A DNA stretch of 64,000 nucleotides from Patellaria atrata CBS 101060 (GCA_010093705.1 MU006102.1:438123-502122), one strand, 5' to 3'; numbered from the stretch's first letter, positions 10,500 through 25,072 are shown. The notes: generated by a model from the sequence alone, not told the origin. Program-made: numbers and translations.

Positions 10500-12843
10500 A
10501 TGGATATCCTCCCTCTCCCCGAGGAGAAGGCATGGCCCTTACGGTTAGAGTTCGAGCGGTATGTCGAAAAATTCCACGGGGGGAACATGAAGGTGTTCAC
10601 TTGGCGTCTTGACCGGGACAAGTGGATGAGGGAAGAGAAACAGAGATCTATGATCAGCGAAGAAGTCGCTCTCAAGCGGGAGAGCGCCGAGGTAGAGAGG
10701 AAGATGAACGAGGCGAAGAAACTGGAACGCTTAAAACGTGAGGAGGTTGAGAGGTTTCCAGGGTGGGAAACGATGACGAGGGAAGAGTGGATTATGCCAG
10801 AGGGAGTGTGCATGAAGTGTATAAATATCGCTGTGGACCGAGTGGATGGTATGCTTAGTGTTGAGCATCATCCCCTGAGGACATTAGCGAAGAGTGTAGA
10901 TTTTGGATGTCCGGTATGTTGTGTTCTCGAGAGTCTGGTCAAAGGTGCTCGAGAAAGAGACTGTTTTAGTGCTGAGAAATGGTTTCCAGCAGAGGTGCAA
11001 GGATCTAATGGGAAGAATCATTTATCTTATCTACTCATGACAACGTCATCTGGTGGTTGGATCGAACATTGCGAAATCTTTTGGGCCAAATGTAGGTGAA
11101 ATTTCTAGTTCCCATATCTGAGTTCTCCATTTCATGCTAGTGAATTGAGGACATTCTGCGCTCACGAGCGTGTCGATGTCATTTATGAGGAGCGGTTTGT
11201 CTTTGAATCTTGATTTGGGGGATTTCACCAGTACATTATTGGAATGCCTCTGACTGACTGAGTTAGAATCTAGCAACCCTAGGCATAAGTCTATCATATA
11301 CCGCAAAATTGCAGAGGATCATGAATCAGACTATGTCTTTGACCTAGCTAGACGCTGGATCTCATCTTGCGTCAGTACACATCCAAAGTGTAACCAAGTA
11401 TTGAACTTCCGCTGCCCGACACGACTAATAGACATTCGTGGCTCTAACCCGCGAATATGGAGAGTTCGTGGAAACAGCCTGCGGTATGCGGCATTATCCT
11501 ATTGTTGGGGAGATAGTTCTCTTCTGAAAGCCTCAAAAGAGAATATTTCCACGCTTAAGCGAGGCATTAATATGCGCTAAATTACGGAAACCATACGTGA
11601 CGCAATTATCGTGGCTCGAAGATTACATATTGAATGGATATGGGTTGATTCGTTGTGCATAATACAAGACTCGCTCGATGACTGGAGGGCAGAGTGAGCT
11701 AATATGGGCGATTACTACCGCAATGCTCTTATTACAATATCGGCGCCGGATTGTAAACGAGCTGCGGATGGATTTCTAGGCCTAATACTGTCAGTAAATA
11801 CCGCTGAAATCCCTGAATCTCTCGGATTATGGCTGCGACCAATTACCCGACGTCGAGAAACGGCCCTAAATGATGCAGTAATCAGTCATAGAGGATGGAT
11901 GTTGTAGGAATGACTCTCGTCGACAAGAATACTACAATCCGGTGAGACAGAACTCTACTGGGAATGCCTTACCTTCGGTGCGAGAGAGGGAAGCGTTCTC
12001 GAAGATAATAAAATCCTTGACCGTAGTCCTCCTCTGTTGACCCCTATAAGAGATAGGGGTGAAAGCGTCTCTTCATCTTACAATAACGAACCTACTATGC
12101 TACGTTGTGCTGTCATTTCACTCTGGTATATATTCGTAGAATCATACTCCTTTAGAACTCTCACAGTTGCTTCAGATCGCTTCCCGGCTATTTTAGGTCT
12201 CGCGTCCAGGATTGCGCAGAGAGCAGATGTTCACTACATGGTAGGTCTCTGGAAAGAAGACTTAAATAGTCTTCTATGGATGAGTAGTCCCAGAACACCA
12301 CGCGCCACACCTAATAATGGTTCAGCTCTAGAGAACTATTAAAGAGCACCCAGTTGGTCCTAGGCTTCATTTCGAGAGCCAATAGCGTATCCCTATGGTG
12401 TAGCACTGGAGACTGGTTCAAGCCAGGAAGCTAAGATCATCAATGTGGCTATCTCGAGCCCTACTTCGGACTTGTATGGTGCAGTATCGGATGCGGTTTT
12501 GATGATCCGTGCGTTGAGGAAAAACGTTTGTATTGAAACTTTGCGGTTTGACCAAACCCATGATGGGGTAGTCTATGATTTCAATGAAAATTGTTGTCTG
12601 GGAATGTGTTCCTTAGATTGACCTTTCCCACGCAATGGTTCGATGTTAAGATGCGTAGCGATTTACATCTGTGAAAAGACTTACAAGAATACTAGACGTA
12701 CTCGGGCCGTATATTATCTATTGATTCTACCAAGCGGTCGAAGAGATGGCACTTAGGCCAGGTTGGGTGTTGGTTCAACGCATTATGTTCCGGCATTGCC
12801 TTGGGACATCTGCGCAAACTGGGAGGAGGTCCAACTCGTCTGA
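10500..12843 (+). pseudogene. HET-domain (heterokaryon incompatibility) protein pseudogene; putative exon 1 about 10500-11091, exon 2 about 11267-12843
   Basis: One frame gives PTRLIDI, YAALSYCWG, TIRDAI, WIWVDSLCIIQD, MGDYYRNA, RGWML*E*, LYWEC, DRFPAILG, GLW and APSWS*AS. In-frame stops at 11578, 11695, 11905, 11911, 12340, 12361, 12619 and 12754. Confidence 0.9.
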
Positions 12844-14085
12844 ACGCCAATAGATCAGAATATTTTCCGTTCCACATTTAAAGCAGTAGAAGTAGAATGG
12901 TCCTCTTAAGGAGTTGGATGGTAATGCGGCCAGTCTACCCGCTGGATCCATGCGTTCAAAAAATTCTGGATCGTCGATTCCGTTCATGAAGAATGCGTGT
13001 GAATCTCGGACGCTGCCACGAAATATGGCAAATCTGGGAGAGTGAAAAGTACCAGAGTGAGGAGTGAATCAAGATCAGTGAAGCTTTTCGAATAGAACTA
13101 AAGCCCCAATTCCCTGAACTGATAATTCGTACAGGAACCGGCGATCTTATTTTGGACTAACAGGGACGAGCATAAGGCTAGACTGCATCAGATTGCTGTT
13201 CAAACAACACATTACTGTGAGGATAAACGTTGTGTCCGATTGACTGCCTTACAAATGGCCCTTTTGATAATATGGAAATTTCTTATACTGTACAGTACTT
13301 TCGTATAGATGCGTAGTGACGATGAATATGGGGCTAGGGCTACGAAAAGAAGATATAGAGTACGTGTACTCGAGCTGTTGGATGTTCGCCTTGTCTTTGA
13401 AAGCGCCCTGTGAAGGCGATGATGGTTCTGAGGTGGTGGAGTAAAAGTCAACTGGAGCTTCAGTGCAGTAGTGGAGGGTCAAGCCGGAGTCCTTGAGCTT
13501 ACCTTAGTCTAGCTCAAACCGCGCCTCGAAACTCTCCCCCTTCCTGCAAAGCGTAATATTAGACTCCTCTGTAAATTTCTCCAGTGTCATATACTGACTT
13601 CGATCGATCTTTTCTCCTTTACCAGCTACTTTGGAGTCCCATTCAATCCTCCCGTTTACTCATATTGCTCGTTGCTGGGACGTCGATACCTTCGAACTAG
13701 TCTCCCGCGCCAACTTCAGCTCTCCACCCAACCCGTCCACAATAGCCACCGAGTCTTGCGATCCTACACTTCCAGTTTCAAGAATAGACTGTCCCTCGTT
13801 GCACGCGTCTCCGTGCTGTGCTTTGCATCTTCGGTATGGCCCAATCTGGATTAAACCAAAAGCAAGCGTTCCTCGAACTGTCACTGATTTATCCGGCTTC
13901 ACATAGGCTCCATCCTCTCACCTCCCTAACGCCTTCGTTGCTTGCTCTTAAAGGCTCTTTTTAAAATTGCGGAGATCATATAGTAAGAGGAGATAAAGGC
14001 CATCTGCAGTAGTCACCTGATTCTGTCTCAACAACTCGTCCGTCGCCTTTACACCCCCAACCCAACAATTCACTGACAACTGTAG

Positions 14086-15038
<953 letters not shown>

Positions 15039-15824
15039 GTTCTTTTGGGATTGGTGGGTATATCTACATAGAGCCTTCTCTGGGTGTATCTGGAATGTTA
15101 TGCGTCTTTTCTTCGTTGGACGGAAGTGTTTTTTTTCTACCAAATGGGCGTGGTTTCTTGGGATACCTGCTGTGGGCATCCGGCGCTCGTGGGCAACTAG
15201 CGATTGATTGGATTTATTTATATCTTTTAAGATTCATGATTGACACTATCATGCGCGTTTATATGTTGAATGTACGGTGCTTGTTGAGATTCTCTTGACT
15301 TGGGAGTTATATCTCAAGGGATTTCCTATTATCATTGAACACTTCCAAAGGGGTATGATTTGTAGGCCACCACGAGGAGTCGGTTTTATTGAGCCTTCAG
15401 GCGCTCGTTCGTTTACCTAAGGTTCTGGCAGTTTCCTTGTGTTGATGTCTCCCTGTGTTAAGTTCGTGACTCTATTCATAACTCAGTCACCCCCTTTTCC
15501 CCTCCCACCCACCAAAGTCAAGAAGTCACGAAATCTTCACAACAAAATCAATGAGCAAATTTTGAGCAAATTATCGTTTGTACACTAGTCACTACGAGTG
15601 GCGAATGTCAACAAATCTTGCCTCAAGTCAACAGTCAACTTCGACGCGACTTCAACTTCTTTCAACTCTCTCACCAGTTCCTCTTCTCATTATAACACTC
15701 ACTCCATCTTTTTCGCTCTTCAACTCGACTGCCTCATTCAATCAATCATCAAAACTCAATCTGACGTCCTCATTTCTCATTGTTCTTATCGAAAAAGTCA
15801 ATAACAACAACTGCATCTTTCACG

Positions 15825-18800
15825 ATGGCGAGTGGAAAGCATCCTGCAACATCACCCTCCAAGGAGACGGGTTTTCTAGAGAACGTCCCTGGAGAAAGTT
15901 CTTCCGGAAAACAGAATCGCCTTTCCGCTGACCAAGAAGCCGCACTCAAACATCACATGGAAACCAACACCTTCTATCAAAGCCGTCTCGTCGGCGAGTT
16001 CCCACAAGTTTTTAACCCTGAAGCCAGTGCCACTGGATCTGCGCCAATAACCCCTGAAACCACCTTCGCACGATTCTTCGAGTCTGAAGCGTCAACTCCT
16101 GTAAAAGACAAGATGGCTGAAGAGATTCTCAAGCTCGTCCCAGCAGATTCCGAAAATGCCCGTCCAACCGCTCGCGCCTGGGTCGAAGGTGCGAAAGAGG
16201 CACGACTTCAACGGATGATTGCTGGTGGAGTCTCAGAGGCCGCGACCTTCACCGGTAATTCAGATGCCGAACCAGTTAAGAGTACCAAGAAGAAGTTTCT
16301 GAACAAAATTAAAATCCCTGATTTCATGTCCAGCAAGACTGCTGTACCTCCCTCCACCAATTCACCCGAGCACCGTGCGTCGAAACATGGAAGCTCAGTC
16401 CCCGTTGACAGCACTGTTGCCGAAAACGCACAGAAAGTGTTGGGCAATACTACCATCATCAACGCCCCTGCGTCAGTCACGGGTTACTATTATCCCCGAA
16501 ATGGTAGCTTATCCCACCAAGCAGCCAGCGATTCAACGCGTGCTCGCTGGTCTGCTAACATGGCCTATTCTTCCGACATCATTCCAGAAGACAACACCCC
16601 TTCGAATTCAAACACTGTTGTAAGGTCTCAGAGCCTTAAATATTTTAACGACGTCAGTCCTCCAACCCCACCTTCCAAGTACGACGCCCCAGGTATCAAC
16701 TCACCGTCGGGGGACAAGAAGGGAAAGTCCAAAGTTCCCTTGGTCAAAGTCGAAGAAGGTGAACATGATGTTGACTTCCAATTCTCTGGCAAAGAGCCTA
16801 TCCTACACGGCGATGAGAGCGGTCGGCTCAGCCCTACTAAGCTCGGCGGATATGCGGCAAAGTCCTACATCGATTTGATCAACAAAGTGCCTAGTGTTCA
16901 ATCTATGCGCGGTACTGTTGAGGAAGTCGCTTTGGAATTCGCTCAAGATTTCCCAGAGGCGAGGCTAGTAGGACATTTCTTTCAACCTGGCCCAGGTGGA
17001 ATATCACGTCCAACACGTTATACGCAATCAATATATTCGGATGCTGGTGGCGAGGAACCATTCCCTTATAAAGTAAGTTGTTGTGAGCATCATATTGACA
17101 CACATGAAAACCGCAACAATATGCGACTTATTTGGAAACCCCCAATGTGCTGTCAAGATCATTTCCAGATATATGAGAGCAAGGATACGCCCGAGGAGAA
17201 GGACCGAGTAGAAATAGAAATGTGGATCCATGTCCGAACATCTTCGGATCCCACACTCAGACACAGGCGGGCCAAATACAAACGCGCATTCGAGAAGCAA
17301 ATGCGTAAACCTTGCGATCCTCCACGGGTGCAATTGCTATCAGTTCGACCAGACAGTGTCGTCCCGGTAACTTCTGACAAACGTTTTACGCGAAAATTGA
17401 AGATTCCTTGCCTTTTCTCCTCGAAGATGAAATCGTTACTTCGGAATTCTTCGAGGTACAAGGTGCCGACACCCTACATTTCATAATCACGCACATAGGC
17501 TCCAGGAAACCATTTGACTAAACTATGTCATTCCGGTTCCTCACGAGTAATAAGGTGCATACGAAAAGTAATACATAGACCCTTTGATCTGTTCGATTTC
17601 ATGAGCTCTGTTGCTGACTTATGTTTAGGTAAATCAGAATGTTTCTCAGCTTCCTTCGAAGCCCAAGGAAAATGTACTCGAGAACGTCACTGGACCGAGC
17701 CGTGAGTCTCTTCCTGTCATCTTCCAGGGATACAAAGACGATGCTTCCCCGGATGTTGAGGGCATCAAACGATCAAACTCCATAAAATCTGCTCGGGAAC
17801 ACGCCGAGGACTGGCACCGCCAGAGAAACCTAAATCTCAGACCAAGGGATTCCTCAGTTCTTCAAGATCTCTCTTCGATACGAGATAGTGAAATCGAAAA
17901 TTTCCAAGAATACTGCGCCACCAGTATCTTCCACGCAAGTGCGACACCTTCACCGTTGGCCCCGAATCGACCAACACGCCCGAATGCAGACGTCAAAGAG
18001 AAGGAGACTACTGTTGTCCCAACCATCTCGCAGCTCCGCGACACGATGCATAGGGGATTCTCGGCGGAGCCTTTGGTATCTCTAGGAGTTCCGGAAAATG
18101 TGGCGGAAAATGTTGCAACTTTGATTTCCGAGAAAATCGGTCGCGCCTTGGATGCGACAGTACAGTCAATGCAGTCACAGCTAGACTATCGTCTTAGGAG
18201 GGTCGAAGAACGAACGGCTGATATTAACGAGAAGTTGGTAGAGTTGAGGGCCGACATCGAAAACAACAATGGCTTCATCGAGAGAGTGGACCAGAGGACA
18301 AATGACGAATTTTCAAACATTATACCAGTCCTCAACAACATCGCGAATGATGTGGCACATCTCAGAATCCAGCTAGATGAGCCTTCGAGTGCCTTCAATA
18401 TCAGGTGTGGGGTGTACGATCGGGTTACAGAAATGAGGATCCGGGAAGCTGAAGCGAGGACTGCTGGGAGGATCGATCGTGTGCACGAATGGCTCAATAC
18501 GTCTCTGGACAATCTCCATGCACGAATGGATCGATCGTTTGGTAGGGTTCAGCCCCAACCTCAGGGAGCTAATTACGGCGTGAACCCATATGGGAATGTT
18601 CCTGGTCTGGTCACAGACCCCAATCAAGTTGTCTGGCGCGGGTACAATGCCACTGTCACACCGGACGAGGTCAGATCGTTCGGAGAGGAGATTAGGCGGC
18701 GCAATGCGCAGGCCGACCGGACCGGAGCTTCATCAATGGCTCCACGCCAGACATATCATGGGAATGAGATCGTCCCGGTTCGTGCGTCCTTCGAAGGATG

Positions 18801-19161
18801 CAATGCGTTCGACATCCCACGCCATCCATACGCACAGCAACAGCAGATGGCACAACGTTCCGAGGAGTCCCATCTCCACGCAGCGGAGCGTACAAGCCGC
18901 CCGGCTCCTGAGGGACGGCAGTTCGACCAAGGTCACGATAGGAGTATGGGACAGCAGAAGGGAAGCGCTTGGAACCAAGCGCCCAACCACCAAGGGTCGC
19001 GTGCTTCTGGCACGCATCCCTATTTCGTGGAGAACTGGCGTGCCTCTGCTGCTACGCAGCTGCAGGCCCCCATCCAGCGTCCTGGGCCTGGACAGGCGCG
19101 GCAACAGCCGCCCATCCAGCGTCCAGGACCTGGACAAGTTCAGCAACAGCCGCCAATGTAG
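15825..19161 (+). CDS. Hypothetical low-complexity protein (about 926 aa if spliced); exons 15825-17072 and 17629-19161; coiled-coil-like segment and Q/P/G-rich C-terminus
   Basis: Two long ORFs joined in phase 0 by GTAAGT donor (17073) and GCTGAC..TTTAG acceptor (17628); no family recognised. Confidence 0.7.
19069..19152 (+). repeat. Two-copy 42-nt coding tandem repeat (PIQRPGPGQxxQQP)
   Basis: Units 19069-19110 and 19111-19152; several differences are synonymous (CCT/CCA, GGG/GGA, CAG/CAA). Confidence 0.9.
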
Positions 19162-19691
19162 CGGCAGGGCCATAAGCAGTGAGCAATCACTGGTGCGTTT
19201 TCCTTTGTTTCACTTCTTTATCATGTTCTGAGGCGGTACTCTGCCTCCCAGTGTTGAGTTTAAACAACGATATTGTATTCTCCTCCTTTTCATTCGGTTT
19301 CCTTTGGCTTTCACTCTGGCTTCAGCTCAATGTAGGAATAGATTCACCAAAAGTACATAGAAATTCATAAAGCTAATTGGCACCAACTCAAGTTTCCAAT
19401 ATGTTCTATGTTGATAATATGATGTTGATTAGGGGAAGTCCAACCTAAGCTTGGCGCCTAAAGGGAATATTAGAGCGAGATGAACCAATCAGGTGTGCAA
19501 ATTCCCCTCGCTGACAATCCTTAACGATACCATCGCAGTCACCAACGACCAGAAGGTCTTATATTGCTTACGGAACACTATAACTCTACAGGTACCCGAC
19601 CTTACTTATATTTAATACACTCCCGAGTCCTCACCACTCTTCTCTTTTCTATTCAGCGCTCGTCCCACGCGCTCTCTTTTTCCTATATACT

Positions 19692-21862
19692 ATGTCCGAG
19701 TCGGATAGACTTGCATCAACATCCAAGACCATCAATCATCCAAATGAAGAGTTAAGCCCTCATTTAGATAATGACCAATCTTCGCCTACATCCCGCCTAT
19801 ATTCCGTGACTGGGGCCGATGTACAAGTATCTAACAATAGAGATACCTCTTCACTAAATCGATCCGACGTAGATAAACCCCATGAACCTCCTTCACCTTC
19901 CTATATAGAATCTCAAAACATCGCTGCCCAAACGCAGTTACCCATTATCACTAGCTATAACCATATTCGAAAGCCGTCTGGTGCAGAGTTACACCTCCGT
20001 ACTGATATCGCGTCAATTCCTACCTCTGTCATTATGAGTACGGACTCGACTCGGACAACACCCACCGTGGTCGAAATACCCGTCGAGACCCTTCAATCTG
20101 CTGCTGCAAGCGCCCCTATTTCTATAGACCGACCTCCCTTGAGATCTGCACTCTCCGCCGCCAGCATTCATAGCTCATTTTCACCGGGATCCGCCCTCTC
20201 AAGCCCATTGTTGAACGCTTTGTCAGATATCACACCTCTCCCCTCTCCTCTAGCGACTAGTGACTCTCCTGGTCCATGGAGACGCGCCTCGATCGGTCGT
20301 CCGTCATCCCGGGGATCCTCTACCTGCAGTATCTCTCGAGAAGACGCAATGACCATGCTAGCACAGGGAACACTATCACCCTCACCTTCAAAGAAGAAGA
20401 AGAATTATCATGGACTGGTACCGAGTGCGGTGGAAGGGTCTGCGGCACAATCATCACAGAAGCAAGAGATGGGACATACTAGGAATCGAAGCACGAGTGA
20501 GTTCATGCCGGAGGTTTTGCATAATGTACGACCACGGCACGTCACAGTCAGCGATGCTCATAGTGTGCTTCCCACCGCCGTCGCATCCACCGAACCGCAT
20601 CTACATAGGGAGAAGTATCTCGCCGCTCAGCGTGGACTGATACACCCTCTACCGAAGGTCGCTACAAATACTCTAGTTGCAGCAGCTTTACCCACTCCTC
20701 CTGCTAGTAATAAGAGCACAACAGAAAGTGAGGATGAAGAGCTAAAAGAGGAAGAACATGACATAAAATATCTCGTTGTCAGACATGGCCCGGAAAGAAA
20801 GAGAAAACTATACAGACCCATCCGCGAGCTCGGTCGAGGAACATTTAGCAAAGTGATGCTAGCAACAAGCGAAAAACTGAGCTCCAGGGAATCCATCAAC
20901 GAAGAATCCTTAAACCCCAAGAAACTCGTCGCCATCAAAATCGTAGAGCACGGACCGGCCGGCGGCGCAGACGAAGAACGTGTCGAACTAAGCTTAAAAC
21001 GCGAAATCGAAATCATGGAATCAATCTCCCACCCCTCCGTCGTGCACCTCAAAAAATACGACTTCGACGAGACCCACGCGCTCCTGGTCCTCAGCTACTG
21101 TCCCGGCGGCGACCTCTTCGACCTCGCAAGCCAGAAGCTCCCCCTCCTCACCCCGGGCATCGTCCAACGCATCTTCGCCGAACTGGTCGCCGCGGTGAGG
21201 TACCTCCACTCCGAGTACATAGTGCACCGAGACATCAAGCTCGAAAGTGAGTTTTCCCCAATAACCCACTAACCCCAGCCCAAATATCATACTCACGCCA
21301 ACCCCCAGACGTCCTCCTCAACATCCGCCCGGACGAACTCCCCTCGATAGAATCCCCGCAAATATACCCATACTCCCTCATCACCCTCATCGACCTCGGC
21401 CTCTCCCGCCGCATCCCCCCGCCTCCCGCCTCCCCTTTACTCCAAACCCGCTGCGGCAGCGAAGACTACGCCGCGCCGGAGATCCTCCTCGGGCAACCCT
21501 ACGACGGCCGCGCCACCGACGCCTGGGCCCTCGGCGTCCTGTTGTACGCCCTCATGGAAGGCAGACTACCGTTCGACCCGCCGCCGGGCCGCGGCGCCGG
21601 GAGGTCCAGAGCTGCGCATCGCATCGCGCGGTGCGATTGGATTTGGATCCGGTTTGGAGACGAGGATGGGGAGTGGGATGCGGAAAAAGGGAGGGGGTGG
21701 GAGGGCGCGAGGGAGGCGGTTGAGGCGCTTTTGAAGAAGGCGAATCGGGGGCGTAAGGGGTTGGGGGAGGTTGCAGGGATGGGGTGGGTGAAGGAAGGGG
21801 TTGCTGTGGTGGGGGGTTTGAGGAGGAGGCCTGAGGAGGATTTTGAGGGGGTGGTGAGGTAG
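19692..21862 (+). CDS. Ser/Thr protein kinase (PRR1-like, CAMK group) with long disordered N-terminus; intron 21247-21308
   Basis: ELGRGTFSKV, VAIKIV, HRDIKLEN (spliced), DLG, CGSEDYAAPE and DAWALGVLLY. Confidence 0.92.
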
Positions 21863-23274
21863 GGTTGGTTTTGGGGTGGGGTTGGGGATAGGTCGTGGGG
21901 TTCAGGGGGTAGGGGCCTTCTTACTCTGCGCAGGCTCTCTCTTTATCATGACTGGTGTCAGTGGTAAGGAGTTGTCTTGAATGGAATCCAGATATGGGTT
22001 AGCAAGTCGTTGGATCGGTATCATCCCGTCATATCTTACTGTTACTTCCTCCCCGTCCGCTACATAAACTAGCATTTCCCCCTTTCTCCGTTCGTTGTTC
22101 AAAGTATGTAAGAAGAGTTTACCATATTATGGCTTTAGAGATACCAGGATAGCATGGCGTTTTTTTTTTTCTCGCTTTTGTTGAATATAATTTCCATTCC
22201 CTTGTTCCATCCGCTTTGAATATATCCTAATAAGCTTCGAGTACGACTAATTCCAATTCACCTCATCTTTTGGATTTCTGGCAGCCCCCTTTTTCTTTTC
22301 GCGTGGGATATAGGAGTATATGAGGCCGTGAGGTGTAGAGATATCCTTATCCCTTCCTTCAAACCTGGGAACGGCAAATTTCGTAGTCCCTTCCTGTCCT
22401 GTAGAGTATACCTCTCATAGTAAGTTACACCACCTTTCAGCGTGTTTGACACTTTTTGAGTCCGAGTCTGAGTCTATGGCCACCTATGTAAGTATGTACC
22501 TTATCTCCTTACTACCTCACCTTGCCAGATATCCAGTCTCAATACAATTCTTATAGCAGAGAGACCTTCCCATTTCGGTCCCCAATCGTGTATGTTCGGT
22601 ATAGTATATCAGTATCGGATCTGACAGAGGGGCTCGGTTGGATTTATTGTGGGTGGTGTATACTATCTGCACTCTGCAGTCGAGGGGGTTCTAGTATATT
22701 AGTAGACTAGTTCTATTATGCTATTTTATTAATGTGAATATGAGGTCGTGGGGTAGATCCCCCTATTTGATAGTGTTAGATGCTGGCTGCTGTGGGAGGT
22801 GTGTGAGGTATTGCAGGGACCTCGTATAACGTCCCCCCTTTTCCATTTTTCCGTTTTCTATTTTGGTGAACCGACGACAACAGTGTCGTACAAACGCGAA
22901 GTACGTCTGTCGCACAACATCTTAGCAAACCTCGAGTTACATATACATAAGGTACATACATACGTACGTGAAGGAGGGCAAACGTATATCCAACAAGCGA
23001 GAAAACCCGAAGATGACGGCGTTGTCGCTGCATCAAACATCGCCCAGCATCCTAGGTCCACATGATAAGTTTGACGAGAAATTCCACCCTATCTCGTTTA
23101 AATCATGGCGACACTTTATTACTTTTCCTTTTCGTTTCCCTTTCTCTATTTCGCTCAAGTAAGAAAGAAGTGGATAGAGCGCAAAACACCGATCCACATA
23201 TCCACATACTCCGAAACAACCACGCCAACCTGCCTTCCCTTTACCTCTCCCTCTCTATCTCCATCTCCACCCCC

Positions 23275-25072
23275 ATGGGCATAACCCCCAGCAACCCCTT
23301 CACCTCCCACATCCCCTCCCACCCCTTCGCCCAGACAACACCGCTGACGCTGTACACGACATCCACGGGTGCGATACCGACGAGCGGGCGCTGGGACCTT
23401 CGTGTCCCGGGAGTAGAACAACGACGTATGAGTGCCGTGATGAGGAGGAATTACCAACCTGTTCCGGTGCAGGTGCGGGATGTTTACGTGGGGTGTGCTG
23501 GGTGTGATGGAGGCGTTGGAAGTGGTGGTGGGTCGACAGGAGGTGGAAATGGAGAAAGAGGGTGTGTGGGATGGCCCGGTATATGTCCGTGTCGGTGTTG
23601 GAGGAAGTGGGTTCGGCGACCTCGGGTGGGAAGGGCTGGAGAGGGTGTCGGGACGAGAGGTTTGCGCGGCGGGTATGACGGTGGAGATGAGGGGGAAGAT
23701 GCTGTGGGAGTCGGCGAGGAGAGACAAGAGGGGATTTGTCATTGTGATCCGAGTTGTCCGTGTCGGGGGGAGGTGTGTGTGACGTGTGGGCTCGCTAGGA
23801 ATGAGTGTCCAAGAGGGCAGATGTATACCAGGACTGGTGGGACGTGGCCGGTGAAGAGATCGAAGGTCTATGTAACGTCGGGATGGGGTGGCCGTAAAGG
23901 TAGAAAAGTTAGGGAAGCGGATAACGGGGAGGAAGACAGCGGGGATGATATTAGCGATGAGGAAGACGAAGATAGTTCAGATGAGACCGAGTCTAGCGTC
24001 GAGGGAAAGGGATATCGTGTTCGGTTTCTTGGAAAAGGGCCTAGAGAATTTGCATTCAAGAGGGATCCTCAGAGAAAGGAGAGTAAGAAAACGAAGAGAC
24101 AGTTGAAGAAGATTCAGGGTGATCTGAGGGATATCACGAACCATCTACGAGCGCAACAGCTGCGTGAGCGATTGACTCAGCATCTCGCACAGCAGAAACA
24201 GCATCCACAGCATGCGCAAAACCAGCGGCTGAAAAATCAGGGACACCAGCGCTTTCAAAGGCGACACGCAGATCTCGGGAGATATGCAGGCGATGATAGT
24301 GACGAGGAAGTAGAAGAAGTTTTCGATTTCCCGGACCCAGTCACTCAATTCCCAGCAAGCCATCGTCGTGGCCATTTGGCTTCTCTCCGGAGACAACACT
24401 CGAGCGCCCGACATCCCGGTATGACCCCACAACAGCAAGGATCTCGTCCAAGGACAGCTCGTCGAAGGCCGGCCCCGCAGGATGGGTGGGCTCAACCACC
24501 ACCACGAAGAGGGAGGGCGCGAAGAGGGGGTATGGCTCCCGGATACGGACGGGAGAGTGTCGATCCAAGGTCTAGAGAGCGAAGGACACGGTTTGCAACC
24601 GACAGCGGGGAAGGACGTCGGGAGACTGGTGCTGGGTCCGGGTATGAGGATGTAGGATGGGGTGATGCTGGCGGAATGGATGGTACGGCCCGTGGTGCTC
24701 GTGTTGATGCTAGAAGAGAAGATCTCTATGATGATAGCTATGGTTACGGAGCAGCGCTGGAAAGAGGGGGTAGGAGGGATGTACACGACGGATATCCAGA
24801 TCAAAGCCGAGATGGTTGGGGGACGTGTGCGGATGTGAGAGGTACGTTAGTCCCGGTGTTTCTCCTGCTGTCTCTTCTTGGTCGAATCCTCTTTTTCGTA
24901 TATCTGATGGTTTAGGTATGCTGGCTGCTAATGATTGCATGTAGATGAAGCAGAAGACCTTATTTCATTCTCTGATAATGATCTTGATAGAGCTGGGCAG
25001 AGGCGGAGAGCGGCTGAGACGGGATATCGAGAACCGATGGCGGAGACGGATGAGGAGGAAGGATTGATTTAG
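23275..25072 (+). CDS. Hypothetical protein with Cys/Gly-rich, acidic, Gln-rich and Arg/Gly-rich segments; probable intron 24842-24944; start uncertain
   Basis: Open frame of 617 codons; GTACGT donor and GCTAAT..GTAG acceptor give an in-frame acidic last exon; no family recognised. Confidence 0.6.

Noticed and set aside
11578..12756. HET stops rescued by A-to-I editing or read-through
   Set aside because: Editing gives Trp, but the stops at 11905 and 11911 sit where Gln and Arg are expected, and eight mixed stop types are too many.
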